A stretch of DNA of 34,571 nucleotides from Fibrobacteria bacterium (GCA_041746255.1 JBGTHM010000106.1:1-34571), one strand, 5' to 3'. Positions 1 to 10,504 are shown, numbered from the stretch's first letter. Notes: generated by a model from the letters alone, not told the origin. A program made the numbers and translations.

Positions 1-20
1 ATTTGGATTATATTTTCCAT
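1..20 (-). CDS. 5' end of a gene running off the window (MENIIQ...)
   Basis: The reverse strand reads AGAGGAG-cac-ATG GAA AAT ATA ATC CAA, a Shine-Dalgarno followed by an ATG at 20. The product cannot be determined. Confidence 0.5.
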
Positions 21-291
21 GTGCTCCTCTTTCTGAACTAGGGTTAAAGTCTGGTAACTTCAAATCTAATCAGACTGAGGAGCCTCCTCATTTTTGCGAA
101 ACAAAACCTACGTTATCCCAGCATTTTCAGGGCGGGCATCATGAGGCTAACGAATCCCTACGCCTATGCGCACAATTGCGGGTATTCCGAAAGGCAGGCA
201 TAAGGAGAAAATCTAGTCTAAGCAGAGCGAATTCTTTGTGATCTCCATCAAGCACCCGGGATTACTTTTTCGCGAAAGAATCGAGGCAAAT

Positions 292-322
292 AAAAAAGGC
301 GCCCCAGAAATTGGGGCGCCTT
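292..322 (-). terminator. Rho-independent terminator of the fibro-slime gene
   Basis: Stem AAGGCGCCCC/GGGGCGCCTT (296-305/313-322) with a 7-nt loop, followed on the minus strand by a T run. It lies about 22 nt after the stop at 345. Confidence 0.85.
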
Positions 323-344
323 GGTTGTAAAAGCCTAACGGTCT

Positions 345-3300
345 CTATGGTGTTAAGGTAGGACGAACGACGCCTGTACGGACATAGGCGGTTTGCTGGT
401 TTCCGTTGGAGAAGGTGAATAGGGTACGCCAGACATAGGCGCCCTGTCCCGCCCTCTGTCCACGGTGGTCCTTCATGTCCCAGACCAGATAGCTCTGGAG
501 ACCCGAAGGAACTTGGCGATCTTGGTTGGTCAGCTCGCCGCGATACCCGAAGTCCTGTCTGAAATTCGTCACGAAGTTGCCCAGGTTATCGTATATGAAT
601 ATGTCTACGATATACTTTTCGGTGGAGACTACCCGTACGGCGCTGATACCGGCCGGCATCCTCACTTCGGTAGAATTGTCTACTCCCACAGTAGGGGTGG
701 ATGGATTGGTGACGGTGGGAATTGTCACTTTATTGGCAATGGGGTCAAAACCAACCGGAGGAATCCATTTGACTTCACCACCGTTGGTATACCTTTTACC
801 TGTTATAGGCTCATTGTTGGTGGGGTAAAATCTTACATCTTCGGGCTCCAAGCCGGCTACCGGAGGAAAGGGTTGCATGGTCACGCGAGGCCTTCTGTCC
901 GTACCGGTTAGGGGCCTACCGAACTCAGGGGGCACGTTGCCTGTCACGTCGCGATACCTTCCACCTGCCTCGAGGAATACATACGAGCGGCCTGCAAGTG
1001 GAGTGTGAGCCTCCCCACTGTTGATTAAAATGGTATATACCAGGCCGTCTGGGGATACCTGGGGCTCACCATAAACTTGCACCGTACGAGAAGTTCCATA
1101 GGTATTCTGGGGGGCGGAGCGGAGCATTGAACTGAAATTGTCATTCCGCAGAGGTTCCGACAAAGTGATCACCAAAGTATCCAGGTTGAAATGGGGATCA
1201 TTGGCGCCCAAAACACCCTCTTGATAAGGCTTCTTAACCGCACCCATGATTATCGGTCCCATCGAATCGGCCAACGCGGGTGTTTGCCCGGCGAAAATGG
1301 CATCCATGGGCAGCTGCGCATAGGGCACTTGACCGGCTTCGATGCCGGTCGCACCCTCGGCAAAGGGGTTGGCGCTGAAATCAGCAATCAGAAGCTTGGG
1401 ATTCGTCGGGGAAATCGAGAGTACCGGGCCCGATCGCATTTCGCTTGCTGTTTTGTTCCAGAAGGCCGTCAAATCCGCCGGGGGAGCCGTCAGATTATAG
1501 GAGAAAAGGATATAAACCTTGTCGCCGCGTCCGTCTCCGTTTTCATCCTTGATATAGGCGGTCTGGGTTTTATTGAATTGGGAGATAAGATCGATGGTAG
1601 CTTCTTGTGTGAGAGTGTTGGGGTGGGTCACTTTACCCGTAACGAGAATTTTGTTCTGTGCGTCCAAGGAAGACCGTTGCACCTCCAAAATTTGATTTCC
1701 TGGGATGGGAGCTGCATCTCCGAAGGAAAAAGTGACGGTACCGGTAAAAAGGTTGGTGAACGGGCCGGTTTCAGTAACCGTGACGGTCAGCATATCTCCC
1801 TGCGGCCCCGGAGTGGTCAAGGTCACGGTCAAAACGTCCACTTGGTCGGGGGTGAGACTGTTCCCATTTACATAGATGAGGAAGGTATTGGAATTTTGAC
1901 CCTCGATAGCTTGCGCGATGATCGGATGGGGCGCCACTGGAGAGCGGAATTGAATTGAGAGAAAGTTTGAGTCGTTCCATGGAGCGGTTTTTACGGTAGT
2001 CGTCTGGTAAACCGGGTCGATATAGGTGACAATGATTTCGTCGGTTGATTTGCAAGAGAGAATCTGGTCCCCAGTATTGGGGGGCGTCGCCTCATTTTTA
2101 GGTAATTGTACGCGGTAGGTGCCCCCGGGAGGAACGGGTAGCACCTCAACCAGTTTGACTCCCTCAATTCGGTCGCCAGATTCTTTACAGGTGACGGTCG
2201 CGGTAATGGTGTCCTGGAATTTGCTCAAAGTCTGACCCTGGATTTCAATTTCAACGCAGTCTGTAGGTCGGATAACCTGACCCAAGGGCTGTCCGCAGGG
2301 TGTTATGGTGATGATTTCCGGTTTATCGGCATAGGCGACCTTGAGTTGCGCATTCGCGAGTGAGCCGCCGGGGTCGCCTCTACGGTCATGGGGCTGAACC
2401 GAACCGAGGACTTCTCCCAACCAGAAAACTTCTGCTTGGCCATTTCTGGGAGTAGGCGTCATTATTTCTTCCAGAGGGATTTCTACGAGCCAGACCCCAT
2501 GGTCGGGAGTCGCCCCGGGAGTCGGGCCTGTCATGGTAACCAATTCGGTATCGGAGGGCACCAGGCCTCGGTTGTTTTGTATGGTAAGGGTCAGTTGTTT
2601 CGGAATAGCGATAAAGTTGTCGGTGTATTTCGCATAGATCTTACCTTTATCCGGGCTCCAGTAGGCGTCGGGCGGAATAGTATTACCGGCCTCGTCTACG
2701 AAAGTAAGAATTCCCGGAAGTTCAGGCGTTTCCAATACCAAGTCGGTGGTGATGAAGAGGTTGGATGAAGTGATGCGTCGTTCCGCAAAGAAAAAATCGA
2801 GGGGATAATTTTCACCGTCTTGGAGTCCGAGTTGCGCGGCCAAATTATCCAGGTTCACGGTCCTTTCAATGGCTCCATGAATTCCACCCAAATCGATTAC
2901 AAGTTGATCGTTGATAAACACCCAAACGTCGTCATCGCCTCTGAAGCGAAAAGTTTGGCCCTTACCCGCGTGATAGGCGAAGTTGGTATGCATTTCCAGG
3001 GTGAAACCGTAGTTATTGAGAGCCAGATTTTTCCCGTTGCTGTGGATCCCACTCTGTAAGTGTCCGAATGGATCGGGGTCGCCGGGGTTGAACTTCGTAT
3101 ATCCACCGGGCTGATTCAGTTTCCCGTTATTCAACGGAAAGAATTCGCTGTTGCCATATTCGAACATCCCGGTGGTAGGATTACGTACAAACCGGAGTTC
3201 CGTGAGAAACGACCGGTTTATGTCGGGGCTTCTGTCGTTAAACCAGTCGTCAAAACGGTCGGCGGGGGTCACGCATGCGTTGCTGGGGGGATTGGCACTC

Positions 3301-3584
3301 AATTTGGGATTTCGATTGTCTCCCTCGAATCGGGGGTCTATCTGTCCGGTTACATCGATTCGGGTTTCAACAATTCCCGTAACCAAACCGGAATTGCAAG
3401 TGTTGAAGTGGGGGTGGTGCCCCGCGACAACCTTCCCAACGGTGGGGCTTTCCCTGAAGTCTCGTAGTTTTGCTTCGAGTACGATTTCATTAGGACCGTT
3501 CTGTGCCGTAGATAAACCATAAAATGCGGACATCAGGGCTAAAGTTGAAAATAAACGGGTATATACCACGACGACCCCCCTCAA
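345..3584 (-). CDS. Secreted fibro-slime (PA14-type) domain surface protein with Ig-like repeats and a C-terminal FlgD-Ig/sorting-like domain
   Basis: N-terminal signal peptide. Fibro-slime motifs LRDF..HPHF, FFPL, NYGFTLEMH, FRGDDDVWVFIN..LVIDLGGIH and FFFAER. A beta-rich Thr/Val/Pro-rich middle. C-terminal IYDNLGNFV...VWDMKDHRGQRAGQGAYVWR. Confidence 0.85.
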   Translation of the reverse strand: MRGVVVVYTRLFSTLALMSAFYGLSTAQNGPNEIVLEAKLRDFRESPTVGKVVAGHHPHFNTCNSGLVTGIVETRIDVTGQIDPRFEGDNRNPKLSANPPSNACVTPADRFDDWFNDRSPDINRSFLTELRFVRNPTTGMFEYGNSEFFPLNNGKLNQPGGYTKFNPGDPDPFGHLQSGIHSNGKNLALNNYGFTLEMHTNFAYHAGKGQTFRFRGDDDVWVFINDQLVIDLGGIHGAIERTVNLDNLAAQLGLQDGENYPLDFFFAERRITSSNLFITTDLVLETPELPGILTFVDEAGNTIPPDAYWSPDKGKIYAKYTDNFIAIPKQLTLTIQNNRGLVPSDTELVTMTGPTPGATPDHGVWLVEIPLEEIMTPTPRNGQAEVFWLGEVLGSVQPHDRRGDPGGSLANAQLKVAYADKPEIITITPCGQPLGQVIRPTDCVEIEIQGQTLSKFQDTITATVTCKESGDRIEGVKLVEVLPVPPGGTYRVQLPKNEATPPNTGDQILSCKSTDEIIVTYIDPVYQTTTVKTAPWNDSNFLSIQFRSPVAPHPIIAQAIEGQNSNTFLIYVNGNSLTPDQVDVLTVTLTTPGPQGDMLTVTVTETGPFTNLFTGTVTFSFGDAAPIPGNQILEVQRSSLDAQNKILVTGKVTHPNTLTQEATIDLISQFNKTQTAYIKDENGDGRGDKVYILFSYNLTAPPADLTAFWNKTASEMRSGPVLSISPTNPKLLIADFSANPFAEGATGIEAGQVPYAQLPMDAIFAGQTPALADSMGPIIMGAVKKPYQEGVLGANDPHFNLDTLVITLSEPLRNDNFSSMLRSAPQNTYGTSRTVQVYGEPQVSPDGLVYTILINSGEAHTPLAGRSYVFLEAGGRYRDVTGNVPPEFGRPLTGTDRRPRVTMQPFPPVAGLEPEDVRFYPTNNEPITGKRYTNGGEVKWIPPVGFDPIANKVTIPTVTNPSTPTVGVDNSTEVRMPAGISAVRVVSTEKYIVDIFIYDNLGNFVTNFRQDFGYRGELTNQDRQVPSGLQSYLVWDMKDHRGQRAGQGAYVWRTLFTFSNGNQQTAYVRTGVVRPTLTP

Positions 3585-3770
3585 GGAAAAAATGAACTGG
3601 TTACACAGAAATCGCTACAAAGCAATTTAATGCACTAGTAATAATACCACAGTCAAAAAATGCGTATTTGCACCAATTTATGAGAAATAATTTGGGTTTT
3701 TCGATCTTTGCCATGAGAAACTTGAATTTCTCGGGAAATACCGCATTTTGGATAGCGAGTCGTTTCCGGA

Positions 3771-6700
3771 TCAGAGTTTTTTGAAGCGTTTATTTAGGTT
3801 TTCGAGAAGTTTCTCTTTGAAGGGCGATTCTGTTCCCACAAGATTCCCTTGACCTTTACCGATTCCTGCCTTTCCCGTCTCCATAGAGGAAAGTCCAATT
3901 TCCACGTCGCAGGCGGCCAAGGCCTTAGTGCTCCACCGGATTTCGCTGTTTTGGATAATTTCGAGGGCTTTTTTTAAGGAAGGTGAGAGCGCAGCCGGGG
4001 ATTCCAAATCGGCTAGACGCCTGCTGAAATGGCCCCGAAAGGCTCGAATCCATTTGGAATTCGCATTTTCCCGAGATTGAGCGGCTTGGAAGGCGGCTCC
4101 TAATTCCACCCAATTCGAAGGCTCCTTACTTCCAAAGAAATCCGGAAAAGACGATACGGGTGGAGCAATTCTTGCATCAACGGGAGAAACTCCCGCCGCC
4201 CGTAATTCTGCATCAGCCACCCATGCCGCCCGGGCGTTCCAATAAGGTCGCATCAGCATTTCCTCCCAGTTGGGGATGCGCGTCAATGCATCCAGACAGG
4301 AATTCGCTTGTGATTCACGAGCTTGGGAAAGGGAAGCGACCACTCGGATCAGACGGATAAACAGGTGCCAATCCAAGGATGCTGCTCCCAAGCATATCTG
4401 GCCCCAAACCCAGGATTGCCCTGAGGTCAAGTTTTGTTCTGAGGAAAGCCGGCGTAAATCCGAAAAGGATGCTGCCTTCTTCCCCGCGTGTAAAGTGACC
4501 GTCATAGCGGGGACCTGGTTTTGCAAAAAGGACATCGCCTCCTTGCGGGATGCGGCAGGAAAAACTCCCGATGCTTGTAAAAGGCGGGGAAGGAGGGCGT
4601 CGGTAATGACTTTAATTCGACCCTGATTTTCCTCCCGGGTCATTTCGGAGGGATAACCCACCCCTTCAATCAGGCTTTCCAGTCTACCCCGAAGCCATTC
4701 CGAATACACCGAAAAGCCCTCGGGTAAGTCGTGAAATTGCATGAATAGCCCGGCCCAGGCTTGGTAAAAGGCGGCTTCGGAGGCATCGGCAAAAAAAGCG
4801 GCCGCCCAATTCGCCCGGTCCTTATTGCCATGCAGGGCTAGGGGAAAGGGAGACGGGGCCAGCACCATTTTGACGCCTTCGTCCTCCCAAGCAAGCAGGG
4901 GCGGCGCCTCTCCCAGCGCGGAATGCCAGGCAGGCCGGGTATCGGAAAAGCCGGCACTCGTGGAAACCGAATAAACCGCATCGAAAGCCTGTCGGAAAAA
5001 AGCGGCCTTGCCCATGCCGGGATGGATATGCAGGAGAAATCGCCTACCGGTGCGAGGAGCGGAAATCCGCACATGGATGTGTAAATGAGACGGCCAGGTA
5101 ACGGGAAGTAAGAGGCGCTGAGGCCAATCCGGAAGGTGAGCCTGAAGGACTTTCGCTAAAGCTAGAATCGGAGCCTTGCTGCCCTTATGATTGCCCAGGG
5201 TAAGCCATTCGGCTGCAAGGGTTGGCTCCTTTCCCCGCAACTTGTCCTGGACCTCCTTGCCCATCCGTTCCAGCACATATTCCAGCACCCACAGTCGCCA
5301 CCCCGAAAAGTGGTTGAACAGCAGGTTGGGAGAAAGCAGAGACAATTGTGTGAGCAAGATTTCCAGGCTGAGGCCATCGAGAGAACTGTCGTAATCCAGC
5401 AGATATCCGACGGGTAAGGTATTCTTCCCGATGTGAAGCGTATCGGGGAAAAGAGTCAATAGCTCCGAAGTATCGACCTGTGTCCAGTCCGCCACCGAGA
5501 ATTGCAGGGCGGTTTCGCCATGAGCTTCCAGGAAACGATTCAAAGCGGGTGCGGAGGTAACACCGGGGGCGCGCAAGCGGTAAAAGTCGATGAGGGATTG
5601 CTCGCCGGGAACAAGATTGCGAAGTCGGTTTTTGCGTTCCAGTTTTTCCAGGTCCTGCAGCACGGCCTCGTTATGGGCGAGAAAAGCGAACCGCCCCCTA
5701 ATATTTTTCGCCAAAACCCCTTCGCGCCAGAGGATTTCTTCGCAAGCATCGGGATCGATGGATTCATAATTCACCCGTTTATTTTGACGGATGATGAAGC
5801 CGCGGAAGGTGACTTTTTCCAGCGCTTCGACAAATCCGCGATCGCCGTTCCAGGCGATGTTGTAATAGGATCGCTTGCAGAAGACGGGAGCCAGTTCCTC
5901 CACCCAGGCCGGGTCGACGGCGGCCGCGCGCATCAGAAAAACCCGCGAAGTTTGCCGCACTTCGCTGGCTACAATCCATGGTGGTTTTTTCCTGGCCAAG
6001 GCCGAACGGGGATGGGGATACGCCTCGCGGGCGCTTTGCAGACGGTAAAAGGGCTCGTCCGGTTTTCTCTGGGCCAGGAAAGACAGGAATCCGGAAACCA
6101 CGGCCTTATGCACGGCATCCGCATCGAGTCCGGCCCCGGAAATCCGCCTTTCCGCGAATGTGATTTTATACAGGCGCGCGAATTGCTCGAATAGATCCAT
6201 CCACTCGCGCACGCGACGATAATTGAGATAGTTCGAGGTGCAGAGGTTCCGCAGTTTGCGTTGTGATAAATGATCGGACCAGGTTTCGTGCAGCCAATTC
6301 CAGAGGTTGATGAGACTCATAAAATCGGAAGCGGGATCATCGAAGCGGCGATGGGACGCCACCGCCTTTTGCTTTTCGGGATCGTCGGAGGGAAAATAAC
6401 GCGGGTCCTGAACGGTAAGCCCAGCCGCCAAGACCATGGCCGGCTGGAGAACATCGTAGCGCGCCGCAGTAACCAGGATTTTACCCAGCGTCACGTCCAG
6501 GGGAAGTCGCGCCAATTCCCTGCCGTCCTGCGTGAGCTTCCCTTCCGGGCCCGCGGCGCTGAGGGCTCCCAACTCGTGTAATTGGCGATAGGCCCCTCGA
6601 AAGGCATTGCGCGGAGGCTCGTCCAAAAAGGGAAAACTTTCCACGGGAAGGCGCAGGGCCTTGAGTTGCAAAAGCACGTTGGCCAGATTACTGCGTAGAA

Positions 6701-8150
6701 TTTCCGGTTCGGTATATTCGGCCCTAGAATGGAAGCTCTCCTCCGAGAATAAGCGCACGCATATCCCCGGCTTCACCCGTCCCGCGCGGCCCGTTCTCTG
6801 TTTGGCGCTGGCCTGGGAAATCTTCTCGATGGGTAGGCCCTGAATGCGCGTGTGTGCATGGTAACGGGAAATTCGAGCCAGCCCCGAATCCACCACATAG
6901 GCGATGCCGGGAATGGTCAGCGACGTTTCGGCGATATTCGTGGCCAGAATTATTTTGGGTTTTCCGCCGGTTTGGTAAACCCTTTTCTGTTCGCCGGCGG
7001 TGAGCCGCCCATAAAGCGGCAGGATGGAAAAACTTGCGCCCAAATCCTTTTCCAATTCGCGATGCAACTCGTGGATGTCTTTTTCGGCGGGAAGAAAGGC
7101 CAGCAGGTTATCGGGCCTACCGCGCTGCAATTGCCGAATGGCCAGGGCGGCCGCTTCCAGATAACTGAACTCCCGTTCCGAACCCGCATCTTCGTCGGCA
7201 TCCTCCTGTCCGCCGGTCCCGGTAACCCCCGGCTTCGCTAGGGAATCCTGCGCGTTACCCCCGGATCCTTCCCAATATTCGATGTGTACGGGGTATTGCC
7301 TCCCTTCCACTTCGATAACGGGAGCGTTCCGGAAAAATTCCGAAAAGCGCTCGGCATCCAGCGTGGCCGAGGTGATGACGAGGCGGAATTCGGGTCGGCG
7401 GGGGAGGATGTTGCGGCAGATTCCCAAAAGGATGTCGATGTTGAGCGAACGCTCATGCGCTTCGTCCAACACCAGGCAGGCATAGTCGTAGAGCAGGGGG
7501 TCGCGCCGGAATTCCTGCAGGAGAATGCCGTCCGTCATCACCTTGATGCGCGTGTTAGGGGGGCAATCTTCCAGGAACCGGATTTTCGCGCCGATATGAT
7601 CGGGCAGCGTCGTTTCCTGTCGCAGCCGATCGGCTATCGATAGCGCCGCAATGCGCCGCGGTTGGGTACAACCGATAAGCCCTCCGGCAGAGAAGCCTCC
7701 CTCCAACAGGATTTTGGGAATTTGCGTACTCTTTCCGGACCCCGTTCCTCCTTGTACGATGAGGGTTTGGTGCTTCCGCAAAACCTCGAGAATTTCGTCC
7801 TTGCGGGGAGTGATGGGTAGGTCCGCGGGATATTCGAAGCGGAAGGAACGTTTGTCGCGGGCTTCTCGGTGAGCCGCCGAAGCAATCAGCAATTCATCAT
7901 ACTCGTCTCGAAATTTGGCAGCCTGATTTCGGGAATAATTCTCGCGCAGACGCTTAAGGCGCGGTATATCCCGGCACAAGACCTGCGTAGGTTCGAAAGA
8001 GCGAAGCGGTGCGGGAGGATTCACGTTGCAACCAAAAGCATAATCCGGTGAAAAGGTATAAAGAGTACCGGGTTCATACTCCGCAACGCTACTATAGGGG
8101 GTGGCGATCGCTCTCCGCGCTGCGCCCATGATGCAAACGTTATTATTCAC
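3771..8150 (-). CDS. hrpA: HrpA-family ATP-dependent DEAH RNA helicase (true start may be the GTG at 8024)
   Basis: Motifs GGTGSGKSTQ, TQPRRIAA, MTDGILL, DEAHERS, SATLD, TNIAETSLT and QRTGRAGR, followed by HA2/OB-like and DUF3418-like regions. Confidence 0.88.
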   Translation of the reverse strand: MNNNVCIMGAARRAIATPYSSVAEYEPGTLYTFSPDYAFGCNVNPPAPLRSFEPTQVLCRDIPRLKRLRENYSRNQAAKFRDEYDELLIASAAHREARDKRSFRFEYPADLPITPRKDEILEVLRKHQTLIVQGGTGSGKSTQIPKILLEGGFSAGGLIGCTQPRRIAALSIADRLRQETTLPDHIGAKIRFLEDCPPNTRIKVMTDGILLQEFRRDPLLYDYACLVLDEAHERSLNIDILLGICRNILPRRPEFRLVITSATLDAERFSEFFRNAPVIEVEGRQYPVHIEYWEGSGGNAQDSLAKPGVTGTGGQEDADEDAGSEREFSYLEAAALAIRQLQRGRPDNLLAFLPAEKDIHELHRELEKDLGASFSILPLYGRLTAGEQKRVYQTGGKPKIILATNIAETSLTIPGIAYVVDSGLARISRYHAHTRIQGLPIEKISQASAKQRTGRAGRVKPGICVRLFSEESFHSRAEYTEPEILRSNLANVLLQLKALRLPVESFPFLDEPPRNAFRGAYRQLHELGALSAAGPEGKLTQDGRELARLPLDVTLGKILVTAARYDVLQPAMVLAAGLTVQDPRYFPSDDPEKQKAVASHRRFDDPASDFMSLINLWNWLHETWSDHLSQRKLRNLCTSNYLNYRRVREWMDLFEQFARLYKITFAERRISGAGLDADAVHKAVVSGFLSFLAQRKPDEPFYRLQSAREAYPHPRSALARKKPPWIVASEVRQTSRVFLMRAAAVDPAWVEELAPVFCKRSYYNIAWNGDRGFVEALEKVTFRGFIIRQNKRVNYESIDPDACEEILWREGVLAKNIRGRFAFLAHNEAVLQDLEKLERKNRLRNLVPGEQSLIDFYRLRAPGVTSAPALNRFLEAHGETALQFSVADWTQVDTSELLTLFPDTLHIGKNTLPVGYLLDYDSSLDGLSLEILLTQLSLLSPNLLFNHFSGWRLWVLEYVLERMGKEVQDKLRGKEPTLAAEWLTLGNHKGSKAPILALAKVLQAHLPDWPQRLLLPVTWPSHLHIHVRISAPRTGRRFLLHIHPGMGKAAFFRQAFDAVYSVSTSAGFSDTRPAWHSALGEAPPLLAWEDEGVKMVLAPSPFPLALHGNKDRANWAAAFFADASEAAFYQAWAGLFMQFHDLPEGFSVYSEWLRGRLESLIEGVGYPSEMTREENQGRIKVITDALLPRLLQASGVFPAASRKEAMSFLQNQVPAMTVTLHAGKKAASFSDLRRLSSEQNLTSGQSWVWGQICLGAASLDWHLFIRLIRVVASLSQARESQANSCLDALTRIPNWEEMLMRPYWNARAAWVADAELRAAGVSPVDARIAPPVSSFPDFFGSKEPSNWVELGAAFQAAQSRENANSKWIRAFRGHFSRRLADLESPAALSPSLKKALEIIQNSEIRWSTKALAACDVEIGLSSMETGKAGIGKGQGNLVGTESPFKEKLLENLNKRFKKL

Positions 8151-8221
8151 TTGGGCCGCATCTAAACGAAACCGGGTCCCAGAGAATATTCGCCATTTGC
8201 CTTTACTAATCCGAGCGAGAT

Positions 8222-8659
8222 ATGGACTTTTTCCACATGGCCATAAAAACCATGGGAAGCATGGCGATATTCGGTGTTTTGTTCCTTATTACCGCCTGCT
8301 CCCGCACCGCCACTCAAAAAGAAGTCAAGACCTTGGAAGTCAGTGCTTCCGCGTACAATTCCACTCGGGCCCAAACCCAGGGAAATCCCTTCGAAACGGC
8401 CTGGGGCGATACCTTGGAGCCTGGCATGAAAGCCATCGCCGTTTCGCGCGACCTCATCCCGCTCGGGCTCGGATATGGAGCCGAAGTGGAAATCAAAGGG
8501 CTACCGGGCAAATACACCGTACTGGATAAAATGCATTACCGCTGGAGAAAGCGCATAGACATTTATTTCGGTATGGACGTCGAAAGAGCCCGGGAATGGG
8601 GTATCCAGGATGTGACCATCCGCTGGGTGCAAGTGGATACTATTCCGCTAGGCGATTGA
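8222..8659 (+). CDS. 3D (Asp-Asp-Asp) domain lipoprotein, lytic transglycosylase/MltA-related (start may be 8252 or 8261)
   Basis: Lipobox LITAC. Motifs SASAYNS, IAVSRDL, YTVLDKM and RIDIYFG typical of 3D domains. The 3' end overlaps the convergent MFS gene by 20 nt. Confidence 0.8.
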   Translation: MDFFHMAIKTMGSMAIFGVLFLITACSRTATQKEVKTLEVSASAYNSTRAQTQGNPFETAWGDTLEPGMKAIAVSRDLIPLGLGYGAEVEIKGLPGKYTVLDKMHYRWRKRIDIYFGMDVERAREWGIQDVTIRWVQVDTIPLGD

Positions 8660-9905
8660 GCTCGCCCTCCTTTACCGGTCGTGCCCCCATCGGAACGAAA
8701 AAAAGCAGGGCGGCGCCGATGGCGAAAAGCGGAAGCAGTCCCACGGCTGCGAAACGCGAAGAGCCGGTGGTGTGTACGAGCACCCCGTAAATCAACGGGC
8801 CCAGCACTGCGGCGAAGCGGCCGAAAATATTGTAAAAGCCGAAAAATTCCGCGGCTCGGTTCGCGGGAATCAGCGTTGCGAAAGCGGAACGCGAGAGGGC
8901 CTGCACACCACCCTGGGCCGAGGCCACCAGCATGGCCAATACCCAAAAGCCGCCTTCGCTGCGGATAAAAGGTGCGTAGGCGCAAACCCCCATATAAACG
9001 GCTATGCCTGCAAGCAATAATTTCCGGGTGCCGAAAGTCTTGGCCAGATGTCCGAAAAGTATGGCGAAGGGAAAGGCCACCAATTGAATCACCAGAAAAA
9101 TCAGTAGCAAGCGATTGGTATCGATACCCACATCGGATCCGAATACCCCCGCCATCTTGATGATGGTGGAAACGCCGTCGATATAGAAGAAATAGGCCAG
9201 CAGAAAGAGAAATGCCGCCCGATATTGACGGATGTTCTTCACGGTGGCGATAAGGCGGCGCCACGAGGCGCGTATAGGCCGGGGTTCGGGGTCCAGACCG
9301 TACCGTTGTTTCACCCGCAGCATCATGGGAAGCGAAAACAAAAGCCACCAACAAGCGATAAGCACGAAAGAGGCGCGCGTGGCGCCGGCGCCGTCGCGCC
9401 CTATCCATTCAGGGTTCATAATGATTACGAGACTGGCAATGAAGGGGAGGGTACTACCGAAATAACCCCAACCGAATCCCAGCGAGGAAATCCAATCCAT
9501 TTTTCCTTTGGAGGTGACGTCCGGTAAAAATGCGTCGTAAAAAATACCGGAACCCGCGTATCCGATGGCCGAGATCACATAGAGAGTCAAGCACAGTTTC
9601 CAGGCTCCGGGTCCGGCTAATGCCAGAAAGGCCGTAGCCGCCACTCCTAATACGGTGAAGCCCGCGAACAAGGGCATCTTGCGTCCGCGGTAATCGGCCA
9701 AGGTGCCCAACAAGGGCGCCATCAAGGCCACAACTAAGGTGGCGAATGTGTTCGCATAGGCCCAAAGCGCCGTAGACAGGGAGTCGTGCAATCCTTGGGA
9801 AGCCACCTTTTTGAAGTAAACAGGCAATATGGCGGTGGTGATGGCGACGGAATAGGCCGAATTGGCCCAATCGTTTAGAATCCAACTTTTTTCTTCGCGG
9901 GTCAT
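8640..9905 (-). CDS. MFS transporter, UMF1/Atg22 (YxiO-like) family
   Basis: Motifs WILNDWANSAY, PLLGTLADY, FYDAFL, ISSLGFGWGY, QALSRS and EFFGFY, with about 12 hydrophobic segments. Likely ATG at 9905 (MTREEKSW). Confidence 0.85.
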   Translation of the reverse strand: MTREEKSWILNDWANSAYSVAITTAILPVYFKKVASQGLHDSLSTALWAYANTFATLVVALMAPLLGTLADYRGRKMPLFAGFTVLGVAATAFLALAGPGAWKLCLTLYVISAIGYAGSGIFYDAFLPDVTSKGKMDWISSLGFGWGYFGSTLPFIASLVIIMNPEWIGRDGAGATRASFVLIACWWLLFSLPMMLRVKQRYGLDPEPRPIRASWRRLIATVKNIRQYRAAFLFLLAYFFYIDGVSTIIKMAGVFGSDVGIDTNRLLLIFLVIQLVAFPFAILFGHLAKTFGTRKLLLAGIAVYMGVCAYAPFIRSEGGFWVLAMLVASAQGGVQALSRSAFATLIPANRAAEFFGFYNIFGRFAAVLGPLIYGVLVHTTGSSRFAAVGLLPLFAIGAALLFFVPMGARPVKEGELNRLAE

Positions 9906-10009
9906 TCTGCCTGCCGGGTAAGGTGGAGCATAAAAAGTAGCATTCAAGCCCGGTATGGCCGTCGGGTAGGGAAGGCATTTCGTACTTTATATTCCATGGC
10001 GGAATTGTC

Positions 10010-10504
10010 GTGTTGACCCCAATTGAAATCGAAGATTATGCGCGTCGCTATGTGGAGATTCCCAAAGAAAGGCAATTTCCCGTGCGCGGAGAGGTTTTCG
10101 CGCGTCTGGTACGTGAAAAAGTTCCCAACAAAGTCCTTAAAGAGGAGGAGGATTGGGCTTTCGTCGGGTATGGACTTTGCCTCGGATACCAATTGAATGA
10201 GGAGGCCAAGCCGCTGGGAAAGAGTTTGTGGTGGCGTTTCATCGACCTATCGGAATTCCCTCCCAAGGAAACCATTTTCAAGTTGCAGCCACCGCATGTA
10301 GTAATGGGTATTTTCACGCTTGAGGGTGGTACGCATGAAATGCGAGTTCTCACCGTGACGCGAAACCTCGAAGGGGCGGTACCAGGAAAACCCTTTCGGA
10401 AGGAATTGACGGCCACGGAGAAAAAACCGGCCCATGCGCCGGGAGAAGCGGAACCGTCGGCAGGGAAGATATTGCGATTTCGTCCAAAATCCAAGTCGGA
10501 ATAG
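10010..10504 (+). CDS. Hypothetical protein
   Basis: 164-aa ORF divergent from the MFS gene with protein-like composition. No family recognised. Confidence 0.6.
   Translation: MLTPIEIEDYARRYVEIPKERQFPVRGEVFARLVREKVPNKVLKEEEDWAFVGYGLCLGYQLNEEAKPLGKSLWWRFIDLSEFPPKETIFKLQPPHVVMGIFTLEGGTHEMRVLTVTRNLEGAVPGKPFRKELTATEKKPAHAPGEAEPSAGKILRFRPKSKSE

Noticed and set aside
465..8051. Numerous plus-strand ORFs opposite the fibro-slime gene and hrpA (e.g. 1191-1958, 5502-6194)
   Set aside because: They are antisense shadows of long, motif-bearing genes and show no recognisable motifs.
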